This document shows, in pieces, positions 10,362 to 20,878 of a stretch of DNA of 64,000 nt (position 1 is its first letter; the number at the start of each line of letters is the position of its first letter). The notes below the pieces were generated by a model. It saw only the letters and a program-made list of their open reading frames with translations. It was not told where the DNA came from and did no database searches. Origin of the DNA: Nitrososphaeraceae archaeon (lineage in GTDB: Archaea > Thermoproteota > Nitrososphaeria > Nitrososphaerales > Nitrososphaeraceae); NCBI GenBank assembly GCA_035297365.1, contig DATGZA010000075.1, positions 46,249 through 110,248 on the forward strand, in the 5' to 3' direction. The position numbers were made by a program, and so were the translations under genes.

Positions 10362-11595
10362 AAGTATTCAAAAATATATTGACCCAGTAATTTCAGAAAT
10401 TTTAGACAAAGCAGTGAACAATAAAGAAATTACTATTTCTGAAGTAGTAGAATTACTCGATTGTAATGGAATGGAAATGAATATGTTAATTGTTGTTGCA
10501 AATTATCTTCGTGAAATTAAAAATGGTAATGTGGTTACATATGTTTTGAACAGAAATATTAATTTTACTAACGTTTGCATCAAAAGATGTGGATTCTGTG
10601 CTTTTAGTAGAGATTTTAGACAAGAGGAAGGATATTTTTTACCAACTGAAGAAGTTGTTAGGAGATCAAAAGAAGCATATCAATACGGAGCAACAGAAGT
10701 TTGTATACAAGCTGGACTACCTCCCAAGATGAATGGAAATCTATACGTAGAATTATGTAATTCAATTAAAAAAGAAATTCCAAATATTCATATTCATGCT
10801 TTTTCACCAGAGGAGATAATGTATGGAGCTCAACGTTCAAATATTTCAGTAAAAGAATATCTAAGTAGGCTAAAAGACGCAGGACTAGATAGCATTCCAG
10901 GAACAGCTGCTGAAATACTTGACCAAGAGATTAGAAATATTATTTCACCTGGAAGAATTTCTGTAAAAGACTGGATTGATACTATAAAGACAGCTCACTC
11001 CATTGGAATTCCATCAACTTCTACAATTATGTATGGACATATTGAATCTCATAAACACATAGCAGAGCATTTGCAAATAATAAAAAACATACAAAAGGAA
11101 ACTAGAGGGTTTACAGAATTTGTTCCCTTAAGCTTTGTTCATACTGAAGCACCGATGTTTAACAAGAATTTAATAGACAATATAAGCCCTGGTCCAGATG
11201 GCGCGTATGTATTGAAAGTGCATGCAGTATCAAGAATTTTCCTTAATAGCTATATAAACAACATACAAGTTTCTTGGGTAAAAGAAGGTCCCAGGATGAG
11301 TCAAATCTTGTTAGATGCAGGAGTGAATGATTTTGGTGGAACATTGATAAATGAAAGTATTTCCACGTCCGCTGGTGCAAATAATGGACAAATATTAAAA
11401 CCAAAGAATATCAGACAAATAATTCACAGTGCTGGAAAAATTCCAGCACAGAGAACTTCAAGATATAAAATCATTAAAAAATTCTGCGAAGAAGACTATG
11501 ATGACGAAGAGCTATTGGATAAGGCTGACGCCGAATCGTTTGGATCATACCAAGAATTAATTAAATTAGATAAGTTCAGATTCAGGAAAGAATAA
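10351..11595 (+). CDS. cofH: FO synthase subunit CofH (radical SAM)
   Basis: NRNINFTNVCIKRCGFCAF, PGTAAEIL, NDFGGTLINESI; overlaps cofG. Confidence 0.95.
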   Translation: MNFESIQKYIDPVISEILDKAVNNKEITISEVVELLDCNGMEMNMLIVVANYLREIKNGNVVTYVLNRNINFTNVCIKRCGFCAFSRDFRQEEGYFLPTEEVVRRSKEAYQYGATEVCIQAGLPPKMNGNLYVELCNSIKKEIPNIHIHAFSPEEIMYGAQRSNISVKEYLSRLKDAGLDSIPGTAAEILDQEIRNIISPGRISVKDWIDTIKTAHSIGIPSTSTIMYGHIESHKHIAEHLQIIKNIQKETRGFTEFVPLSFVHTEAPMFNKNLIDNISPGPDGAYVLKVHAVSRIFLNSYINNIQVSWVKEGPRMSQILLDAGVNDFGGTLINESISTSAGANNGQILKPKNIRQIIHSAGKIPAQRTSRYKIIKKFCEEDYDDEELLDKADAESFGSYQELIKLDKFRFRKE

Positions 11596-11730
11596 GAAAA
11601 CCTATTAAAACTAAACTAGAAAATTTATAAATATCGATCTTCTAATATCATTTTTATTTAAAGTGCAAACACCATATTTCTAAAATAAGAATTGGTAAGA
11701 TTTATCAATAGTAATAGATTTTCATAATTT

Positions 11731-13425
11731 TTGTATAAATATATGAATAATTCTCTAAAAAATTCTTTCAAATGGAAAACATTGCAACATAATGGAGTTG
11801 CTTTTCCTCCAGATTATTCCTACAAGGGAATAAAAATTGGGATAAAAAATGATCAATTTCAATTAAATAACGACCAAGAAGAATTGATATATGCTTGGGC
11901 AAAAAAGAAAGATTCTCATTATATTCGAGATGATGTATTTCAAAAAAACTTCTTAACAGATCTTAAAAAATTATTACCTAACAGATTTCAATACATAAAA
12001 AATATTAGCGATATTGATTTTTCTGAGGCTTTCGGACTGGTCGATGAAGAACAAAGAATAAAATATTTAGAAAAAGAAAAAATCAAATCATTACCTATAG
12101 AAGAGAAAAAAAAACTATCATCAGAAAAGAAAAAACAAAAAGAGTCGTTGAAAAAAACATATGGCATAGCAATAATAGACGGAGTTGAAGTGGAGGTCGC
12201 AAACTGGTTAGTTGAACCACCGGGATTGTTTATGGGAAGAGGATTACATCCTCTAAGAGGACGATGGAAACCAAGAATAAGACCTCAGGACGTTATATTG
12301 AACTTGGATGAAAATTCTCCTGTTCCCGAGGGGGCATGGAAGAAAGTTGTACATGACCATTCCTCTACATGGCTTGCAACATGGACGGAAACATTAACTA
12401 GTAAGAGAAAGTATGTTTGGTTACACGATTCTGCATTATTAAGGCAAGATAAAGATAGAGAAAAATATGATAAAGCAAAAAATCTAGAAAAACATGTAGA
12501 GAAAATTGAAAAGGATATAATAAATAAAATGATTAACGAAAAAGATCTTAATCAAAAAAAAATTGCAACAGTTTGTTATCTTATATTAAAATTAGCTATG
12601 AGAGTTGGCGACGAAAAAGACACAGATGAAACTGATACTGTAGGAGCATCAACTTTAAGAGTAGAACATATTAAATTTCCTGAAACATATGATGGAAGAA
12701 AATTTATACAATTTAATTTTCTTGGTAAGGATAGCGTACCTTGGCAAAAAACCATTGAAATAAGTTCCATAGACACAAATACATTATATGAAAACCTACG
12801 ATTTTTTATGATGAATAAACAGAAGGATAGTGAAATTTTTGACAATATAAACTCTGCAAAGGTGAATTCTTTCCTAAGGAATCTTGATCCTAAAAATGTT
12901 CCCGGATTGACCGCAAAAGTATTTAGAACATATTTAGCAACAAAAATAGTTAAAGATGCATTAAAATCGCCACCTGTACAAGTGGGTAAAAATTCATCCG
13001 AATTCAAAAAAATCTATATCGCAAAAATCGCAAATTTAAGCGCAGCTATAGAATGTAATCACAAAAAAGGAATTGATCCTAATAATCCAGCAAGTAAGAA
13101 GGCTATCGAAAGATTAGAGGAATCATTGGAAAAAAAGAAGCAAACAATTATGAATCTAAGAAATGACATCAAATTGAAAAAATGGAAAACAGAAAAGCAA
13201 AAAGAAAAATTAGAATCCAGAATTGAAAAAATAACGTATCAATTAAAACTGCAGAAGGAAACTAGTGACTACAATCTTGGAACATCATTGAGAAATTATA
13301 TTGATCCCAGAGTGATGAAGTGGTGGATGGATAGCATAGGTCTGGATTGGAAGAAAGTATACACAACAACCCTCCAAAGAAAATTTAAATGGATAGAAAC
13401 ATCCGAAATATCAAAGGGTGTCTAA
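11731..13425 (+). CDS. top1: DNA topoisomerase IB (eukaryote-like); probable start ATG 11743
   Basis: WKTLQHNGV, EPPGLFMGRG, RVGDEKD, DTVGASTLRVEH, FLGKDS, TAKVFRTY, CNH, catalytic SLRNYIDPR. Confidence 0.96.
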   Translation: MYKYMNNSLKNSFKWKTLQHNGVAFPPDYSYKGIKIGIKNDQFQLNNDQEELIYAWAKKKDSHYIRDDVFQKNFLTDLKKLLPNRFQYIKNISDIDFSEAFGLVDEEQRIKYLEKEKIKSLPIEEKKKLSSEKKKQKESLKKTYGIAIIDGVEVEVANWLVEPPGLFMGRGLHPLRGRWKPRIRPQDVILNLDENSPVPEGAWKKVVHDHSSTWLATWTETLTSKRKYVWLHDSALLRQDKDREKYDKAKNLEKHVEKIEKDIINKMINEKDLNQKKIATVCYLILKLAMRVGDEKDTDETDTVGASTLRVEHIKFPETYDGRKFIQFNFLGKDSVPWQKTIEISSIDTNTLYENLRFFMMNKQKDSEIFDNINSAKVNSFLRNLDPKNVPGLTAKVFRTYLATKIVKDALKSPPVQVGKNSSEFKKIYIAKIANLSAAIECNHKKGIDPNNPASKKAIERLEESLEKKKQTIMNLRNDIKLKKWKTEKQKEKLESRIEKITYQLKLQKETSDYNLGTSLRNYIDPRVMKWWMDSIGLDWKKVYTTTLQRKFKWIETSEISKGV

Positions 13426-13651
13426 TCTTAATCCATAATAGAATTGATTTTGCAAAGTTAAGATATATCTCTAGCGCTGTTTTTAATTTGTATAATGTTT
13501 TGTATTTGGTTATCACAACCGGCTTCTAAGAAAATACAACAAATAGAATAATATTTGGTACATAGTTCAATTTTTCATCAAAAAATAATGCCTCTAATGA
13601 TTTAATTTTAGGTAAGAATTAATGATAAAACTATAAAAATCCTCTAGATGT

Positions 13652-14577
13652 TGTCCTAACAGGAGTTGCAATTTCGTCTACCAATATAGGTAACGATTCC
13701 TAATCTCCCCAGGAGGTATATAAAAATGAGTTACAAACAGAATTCAATTTATTTCAAGAGAAATAATTGAATGGATATATAATAACTGATATCTGTAAAG
13801 ATATAATACGTTTACAGATAGATTAGAGGTGGTAGAACAGGTACCTAAACTATAGAATAGATGATCTACTGGAATAGAATTGGGAACCACATAAAATACA
13901 ACCTGTAAAATTAAAAGAGCAGAAACAGCATATACTGCATTCACTGATCAAATGATTTGGTTGAAATTGCATAAGATCGGATTAAACTAACGCTATATTG
14001 AAGATACTGAAAAGACATCTAATAACTTCCCGGAATGCAGGATCAGCAACAGAAAATCAAAAATTAAGATGAAGGAACCGATTCAGATGATACGCATGAA
14101 TATTTTAGGTCCATTTAACATGAGAATTCGGCTCAAAAAACAATTTTCTTAGTTGTGAGGATGATTCTTCAAGAAAGATATCAAGTGTGGTGTCTGAAAG
14201 GCAGAGAGTAGATGTTTCAAATGTAATCGAATACTACATTTTAGAAAATGGTGAACCTGAAAAGATAACGCATATAATGGTAAACAGTTTAAACCTGAAA
14301 TATTCAGGCTTTTTCTGGAAAACAAAATATAAATGATAAATTAATTCCAAAAGGTTATCCACAAATATATGGAAAGATAGAAGGATAAAATAAGATAGTT
14401 AAAAACGTATTTTTGGCAGTAAAAAATATTCCCAATAGGAAAGAAGGAAATAAAATCAGTTTCATGTTGTATTCAATGGTCACATACCATTTGAAATGTT
14501 TCTTATGAAAGAAAGATTAAATAATTCCAGTGATAGCAAGAAAGTTAAGCAGAAAAAACGTGTCACTCGTGTAGACA
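13652..14577 (+). mobile_element. Decayed IS481-like element (rve/integrase-core transposase pseudogene)
   Basis: Fragments ILGPF, CEDDSSRK, ENGEPEKI, NGKQFK, IPKGYPQIYGKIEG*NKIVKN; imperfect TGTC...GACA termini at 13652 and 14577; many stops. Confidence 0.72.
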
Positions 14578-15259
14578 AGTGCATCTTTTACCTGCCTATG
14601 GAAGTACAACATTTAGATAAAGGGCTATTTAATCTGGAATTTATCAAACATAGAAATTTACACACTGAAGTTTATTAATTTATATCGTAATAAACTTGGA
14701 CAAATCTCTAGATGACTTGTTCATTCTTATATTGTCTAGAAAACAATTGTGAAATTTTTGTAATTTAGGAAAATTGAACTAACAACAACGACTAGAAGTA
14801 TCATGAATCGCAGTCTAGCAGCCATAACTGCAAAAAACATAAAAAATAAATCGAGAGTTTTGAGAATTAGAAAAACATAATAAGAAAAATTCCAGATACG
14901 CTTGATTAAAATGTTCTAATAATAAAGTAATAATACTGAAAACAAACAAGGATGGATGTCATTAAATAATCCTTTAAATGACTATAGCCTTAATTCTCAA
15001 AAAATTAGCCAATAAATCTCGAAATATTAGACATAGGTATGCAACACAAATAAATACATTAAGCCAAAAAATATCATAAAAATAATAAGGAAGGAAGGAG
15101 GATTGTTTAAAAATCTTATATATTATTTTACAAGTATTTATAGCTACTAACAGATTTATAAAAAAAATCCCAAGAATTATCTTCATAAATGACGCCCATT
15201 TTAATATGAATAGAATATATATTACAAAAATTAAAATTTTCTTGAACGCTTCTGAGTTT

Positions 15260-15334
15260 GCCGGAGTGGCTCAGCTTGGTTAGAGCGTTCGACTCATAAT
15301 CGAAAGGTCGCGGGCTCGAATCCCGTCTCCGGCA
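15260..15334 (+). tRNA. tRNA-Met(CAT), elongator type, intronless
   Basis: GCCGGAG/CTCCGGC-A acceptor, anticodon loop CT-CAT-AA, T-loop CTCGAAT, followed by an oligo-T run. Confidence 0.92.
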
Positions 15335-15551
15335 TTTTTTTTAAAAAACGATAGAATTTAAAAATCTTTTAATAACGACTAAAGAATTATAAATTTTAAA
15401 TATATAAATAAAGACAAAGTAAAATATAACACTAATTTCAAAAGCGCAATAGAGCTGAACTTGCGTTTATTGAATCTCTCTTTGAAACTACCACAAATTT
15501 AAATCAATATTAACTATTTATTATTTATCAATACCACCAAATAGAGAATAC

Positions 15552-16229
15552 ATGAGTGAAACAGCCAATCTTAGAACAAGTAAATTTTTGATCGTACTTA
15601 TCTCTTTTATAGGGTTGACTTTTTTTGTTCATGGCGGAATAACTAATAACGTTGATAATTTAATAACTAAGATTTTTTACAATATTGGGGGACTCCATAA
15701 TACGATTGATGTAATTGTAATCATCATCTCATCCCTGGGAGATCTTTTTGTAATGCTAATAGTGGGATTAATTTTAACAATAATTAGAAGAACAAGGAGA
15801 ATCGGACTGCTTGTATTGATTTCAATAGTTATCCTTTCAGTTTCAACGATGTATATTAAACCGCTTGTAGGGAGATCTGCACCATTGGAACAATACGTAC
15901 CTAAATTTCATTTACCTGATAAATATACTATCGAAAAAGACAGTATGATGCCAATTTCTAGAGACCTTTCATTTCCGTCGAATCACGCAGCTCGTGCTAC
16001 TACTTTCATTATAATATTAGGTTTCTGGTTCAATGTTCAACGAAAGAGGAGTATAGTTGGAAGAATATTATGGATATTTCCTCTAGCGATAGGATTCACG
16101 AGATTATACTTGCTTCAAAACTATTTGTTTGATGTAGTCGGGGGTTTGCTTTATGGGATTATAGTTGGGTTAGTACTGTGTAGATTAATAAAATTAAACA
16201 GAATGTCAGAGATGAATAAATTTAACTAG
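15552..16229 (+). CDS. PAP2-family membrane phosphatase
   Basis: K....R..P, SFPSNHA and TRLYL..N...DV motifs; TM helices. Confidence 0.85.
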   Translation: MSETANLRTSKFLIVLISFIGLTFFVHGGITNNVDNLITKIFYNIGGLHNTIDVIVIIISSLGDLFVMLIVGLILTIIRRTRRIGLLVLISIVILSVSTMYIKPLVGRSAPLEQYVPKFHLPDKYTIEKDSMMPISRDLSFPSNHAARATTFIIILGFWFNVQRKRSIVGRILWIFPLAIGFTRLYLLQNYLFDVVGGLLYGIIVGLVLCRLIKLNRMSEMNKFN

Positions 16230-16273
16230 AATTTTTTTTACCTAGTTTTTTATTACACTCATTCTTCATGAAC

Positions 16274-16615
16274 CTATTTAGAATTCATGTGTTTCTCGTA
16301 TATTTCAGAATTCAATAATAACCATCCATAATGTTGTGGGTCGTGGATGTATTTTATATCTCTTAATATTACCTTGATCTTTCTTTTTCTCAATTCACCC
16401 AAAAAATATAATTGAATGTTCAATCCGATTTTTTTTGCATATCTATTATTTTTTTCATTACGAGGGATGAGGATTCTATAACTGAATCTATGTTCCTTTT
16501 CAAGTAAAATATAATCTTCTACCATGCTTTCAGTGATTTTATTTATATCTTCTTCATGAGACATATCTACTGTCTTATAAACAGGGAAATTTCTAAAAAA
16601 GAAAGAGTCATTCAT
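16274..16615 (-). CDS. Hypothetical protein
   Basis: ORF co-oriented downstream of sufU, plausible composition. Confidence 0.55.
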   Translation of the reverse strand: MNDSFFFRNFPVYKTVDMSHEEDINKITESMVEDYILLEKEHRFSYRILIPRNEKNNRYAKKIGLNIQLYFLGELRKRKIKVILRDIKYIHDPQHYGWLLLNSEIYEKHMNSK

Positions 16616-16663
16616 AAATCGAAAATAGATATAATTTTTATTTGATATATTTTTATTTAGAAA

Positions 16664-17092
16664 TTAATAAAGATCCGAATCTTTCTCCAATTTTTGAGCT
16701 GTGTTTGGTTCTTTGTCCTCATAGTATTTGACCATACCCATCTTTAGAACCTTTAATGACAATAACGCACATTTTATCCTAGCTGGACCCAAATTTGTTA
16801 GGCCAATATTTTCTAAAATATCATCTTTAGAGATATCCTTTGCATTAGTTAAAGGTTTGTTAATAATCATCTCAGTCAGCATAGAAGCACTTGCTTGGCT
16901 AATTGCACACCCTCTCCCATCGAATTTTATATCTTGAATATTTCCATCTTTAACCTTGAGATAAATATCAATTTGATCTCCACATAAAGGATTACTGTCG
17001 TGGATTACAACGTCAGCATCTTCTAGTTTTCCTTTATTTCGAGGATTTCTATAATGATCTAATATAATTTCACGATAAATATCGTCACTCAA
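16664..17092 (-). CDS. sufU: Fe-S cluster scaffold/sulfur acceptor SufU (IscU/NifU family)
   Basis: IILDHYRNPRN, NPLCGD, GCAISQASAS, RIKCA. Confidence 0.95.
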   Translation of the reverse strand: MSDDIYREIILDHYRNPRNKGKLEDADVVIHDSNPLCGDQIDIYLKVKDGNIQDIKFDGRGCAISQASASMLTEMIINKPLTNAKDISKDDILENIGLTNLGPARIKCALLSLKVLKMGMVKYYEDKEPNTAQKLEKDSDLY

Positions 17093-18330
17093 AGTCGAAA
17101 CAACTTAATAGCTTTGCCTAACGCATTAATAAATATATTGATTTCCTCCTGGGTATTATAAATGTAGAAACTGGCTCTTGATGTAGCAGACACATCTAAT
17201 TTTTCCATCAATATTTGGGCACAATGGTGTCCTGATCTAATTGCAATGCCATTGTCGTTCAGGATAGTTGCAAGGTCGTGTGGATGAATATCACCCAAAT
17301 TAAAAGATATAATGCCACCCCTTCTTGAAAGATTATCATCACCATATAATTTCATTCCCTTCAAACTTGACAGACACTCTAGAGCATACTTTGTCAGATC
17401 TAATTCGTGTCTACGAATATTATCCATACCGATTTTGTTCAAATAATCCAGAGCATGACTAAACCCTATTACATCTGCGATATTTGGGGTACCGCCCTCA
17501 TATTTATAGGGTAAATCATTATACGTAGTTTCGTATTTATGAACTTCCTTAATCATATCTCCACCGCCTATGAAAGGATTCATACATTCAAGAATCTCTT
17601 TTTTGGCATAAAGAACACCGACTCCCGTTGGTCCAAGCATTTTGTGTCCTGAGAAAGCAAGAAATTCACAATTTAAATCTGTAACATCAGTTCTAATATG
17701 AGGAACAGACTGTGCCCCGTCCACAAAAAATGGTATTCCAAATGAATGCGCATATTTTATCATCGATTCGATCGGTATTATGTTTCCTAACGCATTTGAC
17801 ATATGACTTAAAGAAATCAATTTTACGTTATTCTGTTGAATACATGATTCCAGTTTACCTAAATCTAAATTTCCATTGTTATCTACATTCAAGTATTCGA
17901 TTTTTGCTTTTTTTTCCGTACATAACATTTGCCATGGAACTATATTACTATGATGTTCCAACTCGGATAGAATTATCGTATCACCTTTTCCGATAACTTT
18001 TCTGCCCCAAGAATAAGCAACGAGGTTTATAGCTTCGGTTGCATTTCTGGTAAAAATTATTTCCTCACGTGAATGTGCGTTAATAAATTTACAAACTTTA
18101 TCCCTGGTCATCTCATAGGCATCGGTAGCTTCTTCTGCAATCTGATATACTGCCCTATGAATATTAGCATTGTAGCTAGCATAATAGTCAGAGATTGCAT
18201 TTATTACAGAAAAAGGTTTCTGGGTAGTTGCAGCGTTATCAAAGTACACTAATGGCTTCCCATTAATGGTACGGGACAGAATAGGAAAGTCTTTTCGAAT
18301 CTCATTTACTTCTAATTGGGCTGTTTGCAT
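17089..18330 (-). CDS. sufS: Cysteine desulfurase SufS
   Basis: YFDNAATTQKP, SGHKMLGPTG (PLP Lys), RSGHHCAQ. Confidence 0.96.
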   Translation of the reverse strand: MQTAQLEVNEIRKDFPILSRTINGKPLVYFDNAATTQKPFSVINAISDYYASYNANIHRAVYQIAEEATDAYEMTRDKVCKFINAHSREEIIFTRNATEAINLVAYSWGRKVIGKGDTIILSELEHHSNIVPWQMLCTEKKAKIEYLNVDNNGNLDLGKLESCIQQNNVKLISLSHMSNALGNIIPIESMIKYAHSFGIPFFVDGAQSVPHIRTDVTDLNCEFLAFSGHKMLGPTGVGVLYAKKEILECMNPFIGGGDMIKEVHKYETTYNDLPYKYEGGTPNIADVIGFSHALDYLNKIGMDNIRRHELDLTKYALECLSSLKGMKLYGDDNLSRRGGIISFNLGDIHPHDLATILNDNGIAIRSGHHCAQILMEKLDVSATSRASFYIYNTQEEINIFINALGKAIKLFRL

Positions 18331-18479
18331 AATATATGAATATATAACAATTAATAAATATAAATTGATTGAAAAAAATTTTGAAGGAAGTCATTTTTAT
18401 TTGTTAGAAAAAGTTTGGTAAGTATCAATTAGCAATTTCTTTCAAGAATTTCATAGCTGCTCCTTAAAATTCATTCCTA

Positions 18480-18938
18480 TCATCTTGTTTTTGTTGACCA
18501 AAATGTTCCTCCTGAATTTCTCCAATTTATGTAATCTTTGATAATTAATTTATGATCAAATGCCAAGTCAATATTATTGATATTATCTAATGGGATCCAG
18601 TGTAATTCTTTTGCATCGTCCCCAGCGCTTAGCTCTCCTCCATACGTAATGGTAATGAAAACAACAGTCATCATATGTCCTCTTGGATCTCGTGTAGGAG
18701 TAGAATAAACTCCAAGAATTTCAACAGGATGAATTTCTAGAGATGTTTCTTCGAAAACTTCTCTTACCAATGCTTCTTCTACTGTTTCACCTTCATCAAC
18801 AAACCCCCCAGGAAGGGCAAAAGTATCCTTATAAGGATCATTTTGTCTTTTAATTAACAATAAAAAAGACGATTTTTGAATTATGGCATCAACTGTAGGT
18901 ATAGGATTTCTATATTTTTTCATATGACTAAATATCAA
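18480..18938 (-). CDS. NUDIX hydrolase (ADP-ribose pyrophosphatase-like)
   Basis: GGFVDEGETVEEALVREVFEET Nudix box; RDPR, GDDA, LAFDH. Confidence 0.92.
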   Translation of the reverse strand: MIFSHMKKYRNPIPTVDAIIQKSSFLLLIKRQNDPYKDTFALPGGFVDEGETVEEALVREVFEETSLEIHPVEILGVYSTPTRDPRGHMMTVVFITITYGGELSAGDDAKELHWIPLDNINNIDLAFDHKLIIKDYINWRNSGGTFWSTKTR

Positions 18939-18983
18939 AGATTATTTTAAAAATATTATATATATTAAGTGTGAAAGACCAGT

Positions 18984-19226
18984 ATGCAACTCTTATGGAG
19001 AGAAGGATGGCTTAAGCCTTTAATAGATTATGAGATAAGTTCTGAAGATTGTAATTTCTGCAAAAAAAAGTTCCTAGATTTTTCTTTTGTAACCTCATGT
19101 GAATTCTGTGACATTGGAATAATGCATGATCATTGTGCGAATTCACATTTATTAGATATTCATTACCAGGAGTTGATAAAAAAAACAAAAAGATACAAGG
19201 AAAAACAATTACATGATTTCCAATAA
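18984..19226 (+). CDS. Small Cys/His-rich putative zinc-binding protein
   Basis: CNFC, CEFC, HDHC, H...H pattern. Confidence 0.6.
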   Translation: MQLLWREGWLKPLIDYEISSEDCNFCKKKFLDFSFVTSCEFCDIGIMHDHCANSHLLDIHYQELIKKTKRYKEKQLHDFQ

Positions 19227-19252
19227 TGTAGAATTAAATTAGACGCATATGT

Positions 19253-20161
19253 TCATTCCTCATAGAGCCAACATTTCACATAACCGTCTTTCCCAATTTT
19301 ATAATCTGGGGGATTATTCTTACATTTTTTCATTGCATGTTCACACTCGGAGTAATACTTACAACCATTGGAATTGATTTTACCATTCAATATAGGTAAT
19401 TTACGCCCACTTGGATTTACTTTTTTAACTATAAATTCAGCCTTGATATCTGGAATAGATGATATTAAAGATTTAGTGTAAGGATGTTTTGGATTAAATA
19501 TTATCTCTTTGGTAGAGTTTATTTCAACGAGTTCACCTGCATACATAATTCCTATCTTGTCTACTAATTGAGCAATTAATGGAATATCGTGGGAAATCAA
19601 TATAATACTTATCTGTTTTTCTTTTTTTAATTTTTTTAAGAGATTAATAATCTGAGCTTGGATCAACACATCCAAAGCAGTAGTTGGTTCATCAGCAATA
19701 ATTACCTCTGGGTCGAGCAACAAAGCCATGGCAATGATTATCCTCTGTTTCATTCCACCACTTAATTCATGAGGATATTTATCAAGTATTGATTTATCCA
19801 ACTCAAAATCTTCAAAAATTTTCAATACCTTCTCTAAATTTTCTTTTTCTCTATGTGCTAAAAATATACCATTTATTTGAGATTTTATTTTATAAACAGG
19901 GTCCAATGAATTCATTGCACCTTGAAATATCATAGAAATTTTTTTCCACCTTATCTTCAAACTGAAATCCTTATCAGATAATTTGGAGATATCTTCGTCA
20001 TTAAAAAATATGCTACCTGATTCTATTTTTCCTGGGTAACCGATATTTTTCAATATTGCTGATGCTAAAGTACTTTTACCGCATCCTGATTCTCCTGCGA
20101 TTCCAAAAGATTCTCCTGTATTAAGACAAAAAGATACGTTGTCTACTGCTCTAATAGTCAT
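19253..20161 (-). CDS. Oligopeptide/dipeptide ABC transporter ATPase (OppD/DppD-like); N-terminus probably extends to about 20221
   Basis: GESGCGKS, LSGGMKQR, DEPTTALD, HPYT and C-terminal Cys domain. Confidence 0.92.
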   Translation of the reverse strand: MTIRAVDNVSFCLNTGESFGIAGESGCGKSTLASAILKNIGYPGKIESGSIFFNDEDISKLSDKDFSLKIRWKKISMIFQGAMNSLDPVYKIKSQINGIFLAHREKENLEKVLKIFEDFELDKSILDKYPHELSGGMKQRIIIAMALLLDPEVIIADEPTTALDVLIQAQIINLLKKLKKEKQISIILISHDIPLIAQLVDKIGIMYAGELVEINSTKEIIFNPKHPYTKSLISSIPDIKAEFIVKKVNPSGRKLPILNGKINSNGCKYYSECEHAMKKCKNNPPDYKIGKDGYVKCWLYEE

Positions 20162-20317
20162 ATTATGTAAGTAATATGAAACACTTAAATTTTTAACAAC
20201 TAATCGCTTTCCTGAAGGCAGTTTATTATTTTTATCCGAAGAGATATTTTAATTTTTTTCAGATATTTATTCTAGATATATATACTGGATAAAAAATGAA
20301 TTAAATATAAAGAAGAA

Positions 20318-20827
20318 TTGAAAACTCCTATTTGTTCTTTTGATGCTAAAACTGGTATATTGTGTTCAAAATGTGAATCCAAATTAAAATCAGGTCATCT
20401 TACAGAAGGCGATGTAGACGCATCGATAAAATTAACGAAGTTAGCAGAAAAAAATAATACTATCGATAAATTCACGTTAACTGGAGCGTATAAGCTTGAG
20501 GAAGGATTGATAATGGTTCTTCCCAGTTCAGATATCAGTATCATCAGATCTGATGAAAATATTATGAATAAAATTAAAGAAGAATTTAAAGAAAATATTT
20601 GGATTATTGAGACAGGGGCGACTGAAAAGAGATTCATTGAGAATTTAGTATATCCTGTCAAAATCGATTCTATAAATCTGGTATGGTTGCCAGATGGTAA
20701 CAAACTTACAAAGATAGTGATATCGGAAAAAAAGAATAAAATTAAAATTGTGGAAGAAGTCAAGATAAAAAGAATCGCCAGCAAGATAAAGAATATTGAG
20801 CTGTTAATAGAATATGTGAAGAAATAA
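20318..20827 (+). CDS. Archaeal NusA-like protein with N-terminal Zn-binding motif
   Basis: PICSFDAKTGILCSKCE, VWLPDG; typical position upstream of aspS. Confidence 0.7.
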   Translation: MKTPICSFDAKTGILCSKCESKLKSGHLTEGDVDASIKLTKLAEKNNTIDKFTLTGAYKLEEGLIMVLPSSDISIIRSDENIMNKIKEEFKENIWIIETGATEKRFIENLVYPVKIDSINLVWLPDGNKLTKIVISEKKNKIKIVEEVKIKRIASKIKNIELLIEYVKK

Positions 20828-20878
20828 ATTTTACTACAAGCAAAAAATGAAATAAACCATAAAAACCATTATAAAATA

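Noticed and set aside
14700-15190. Hydrophobic 70-aa ORF (14974-15186, minus) and its stop-interrupted continuation
   Set aside because: May be a decayed membrane-protein gene, but T-rich DNA yields such peptides by chance and no family is recognisable
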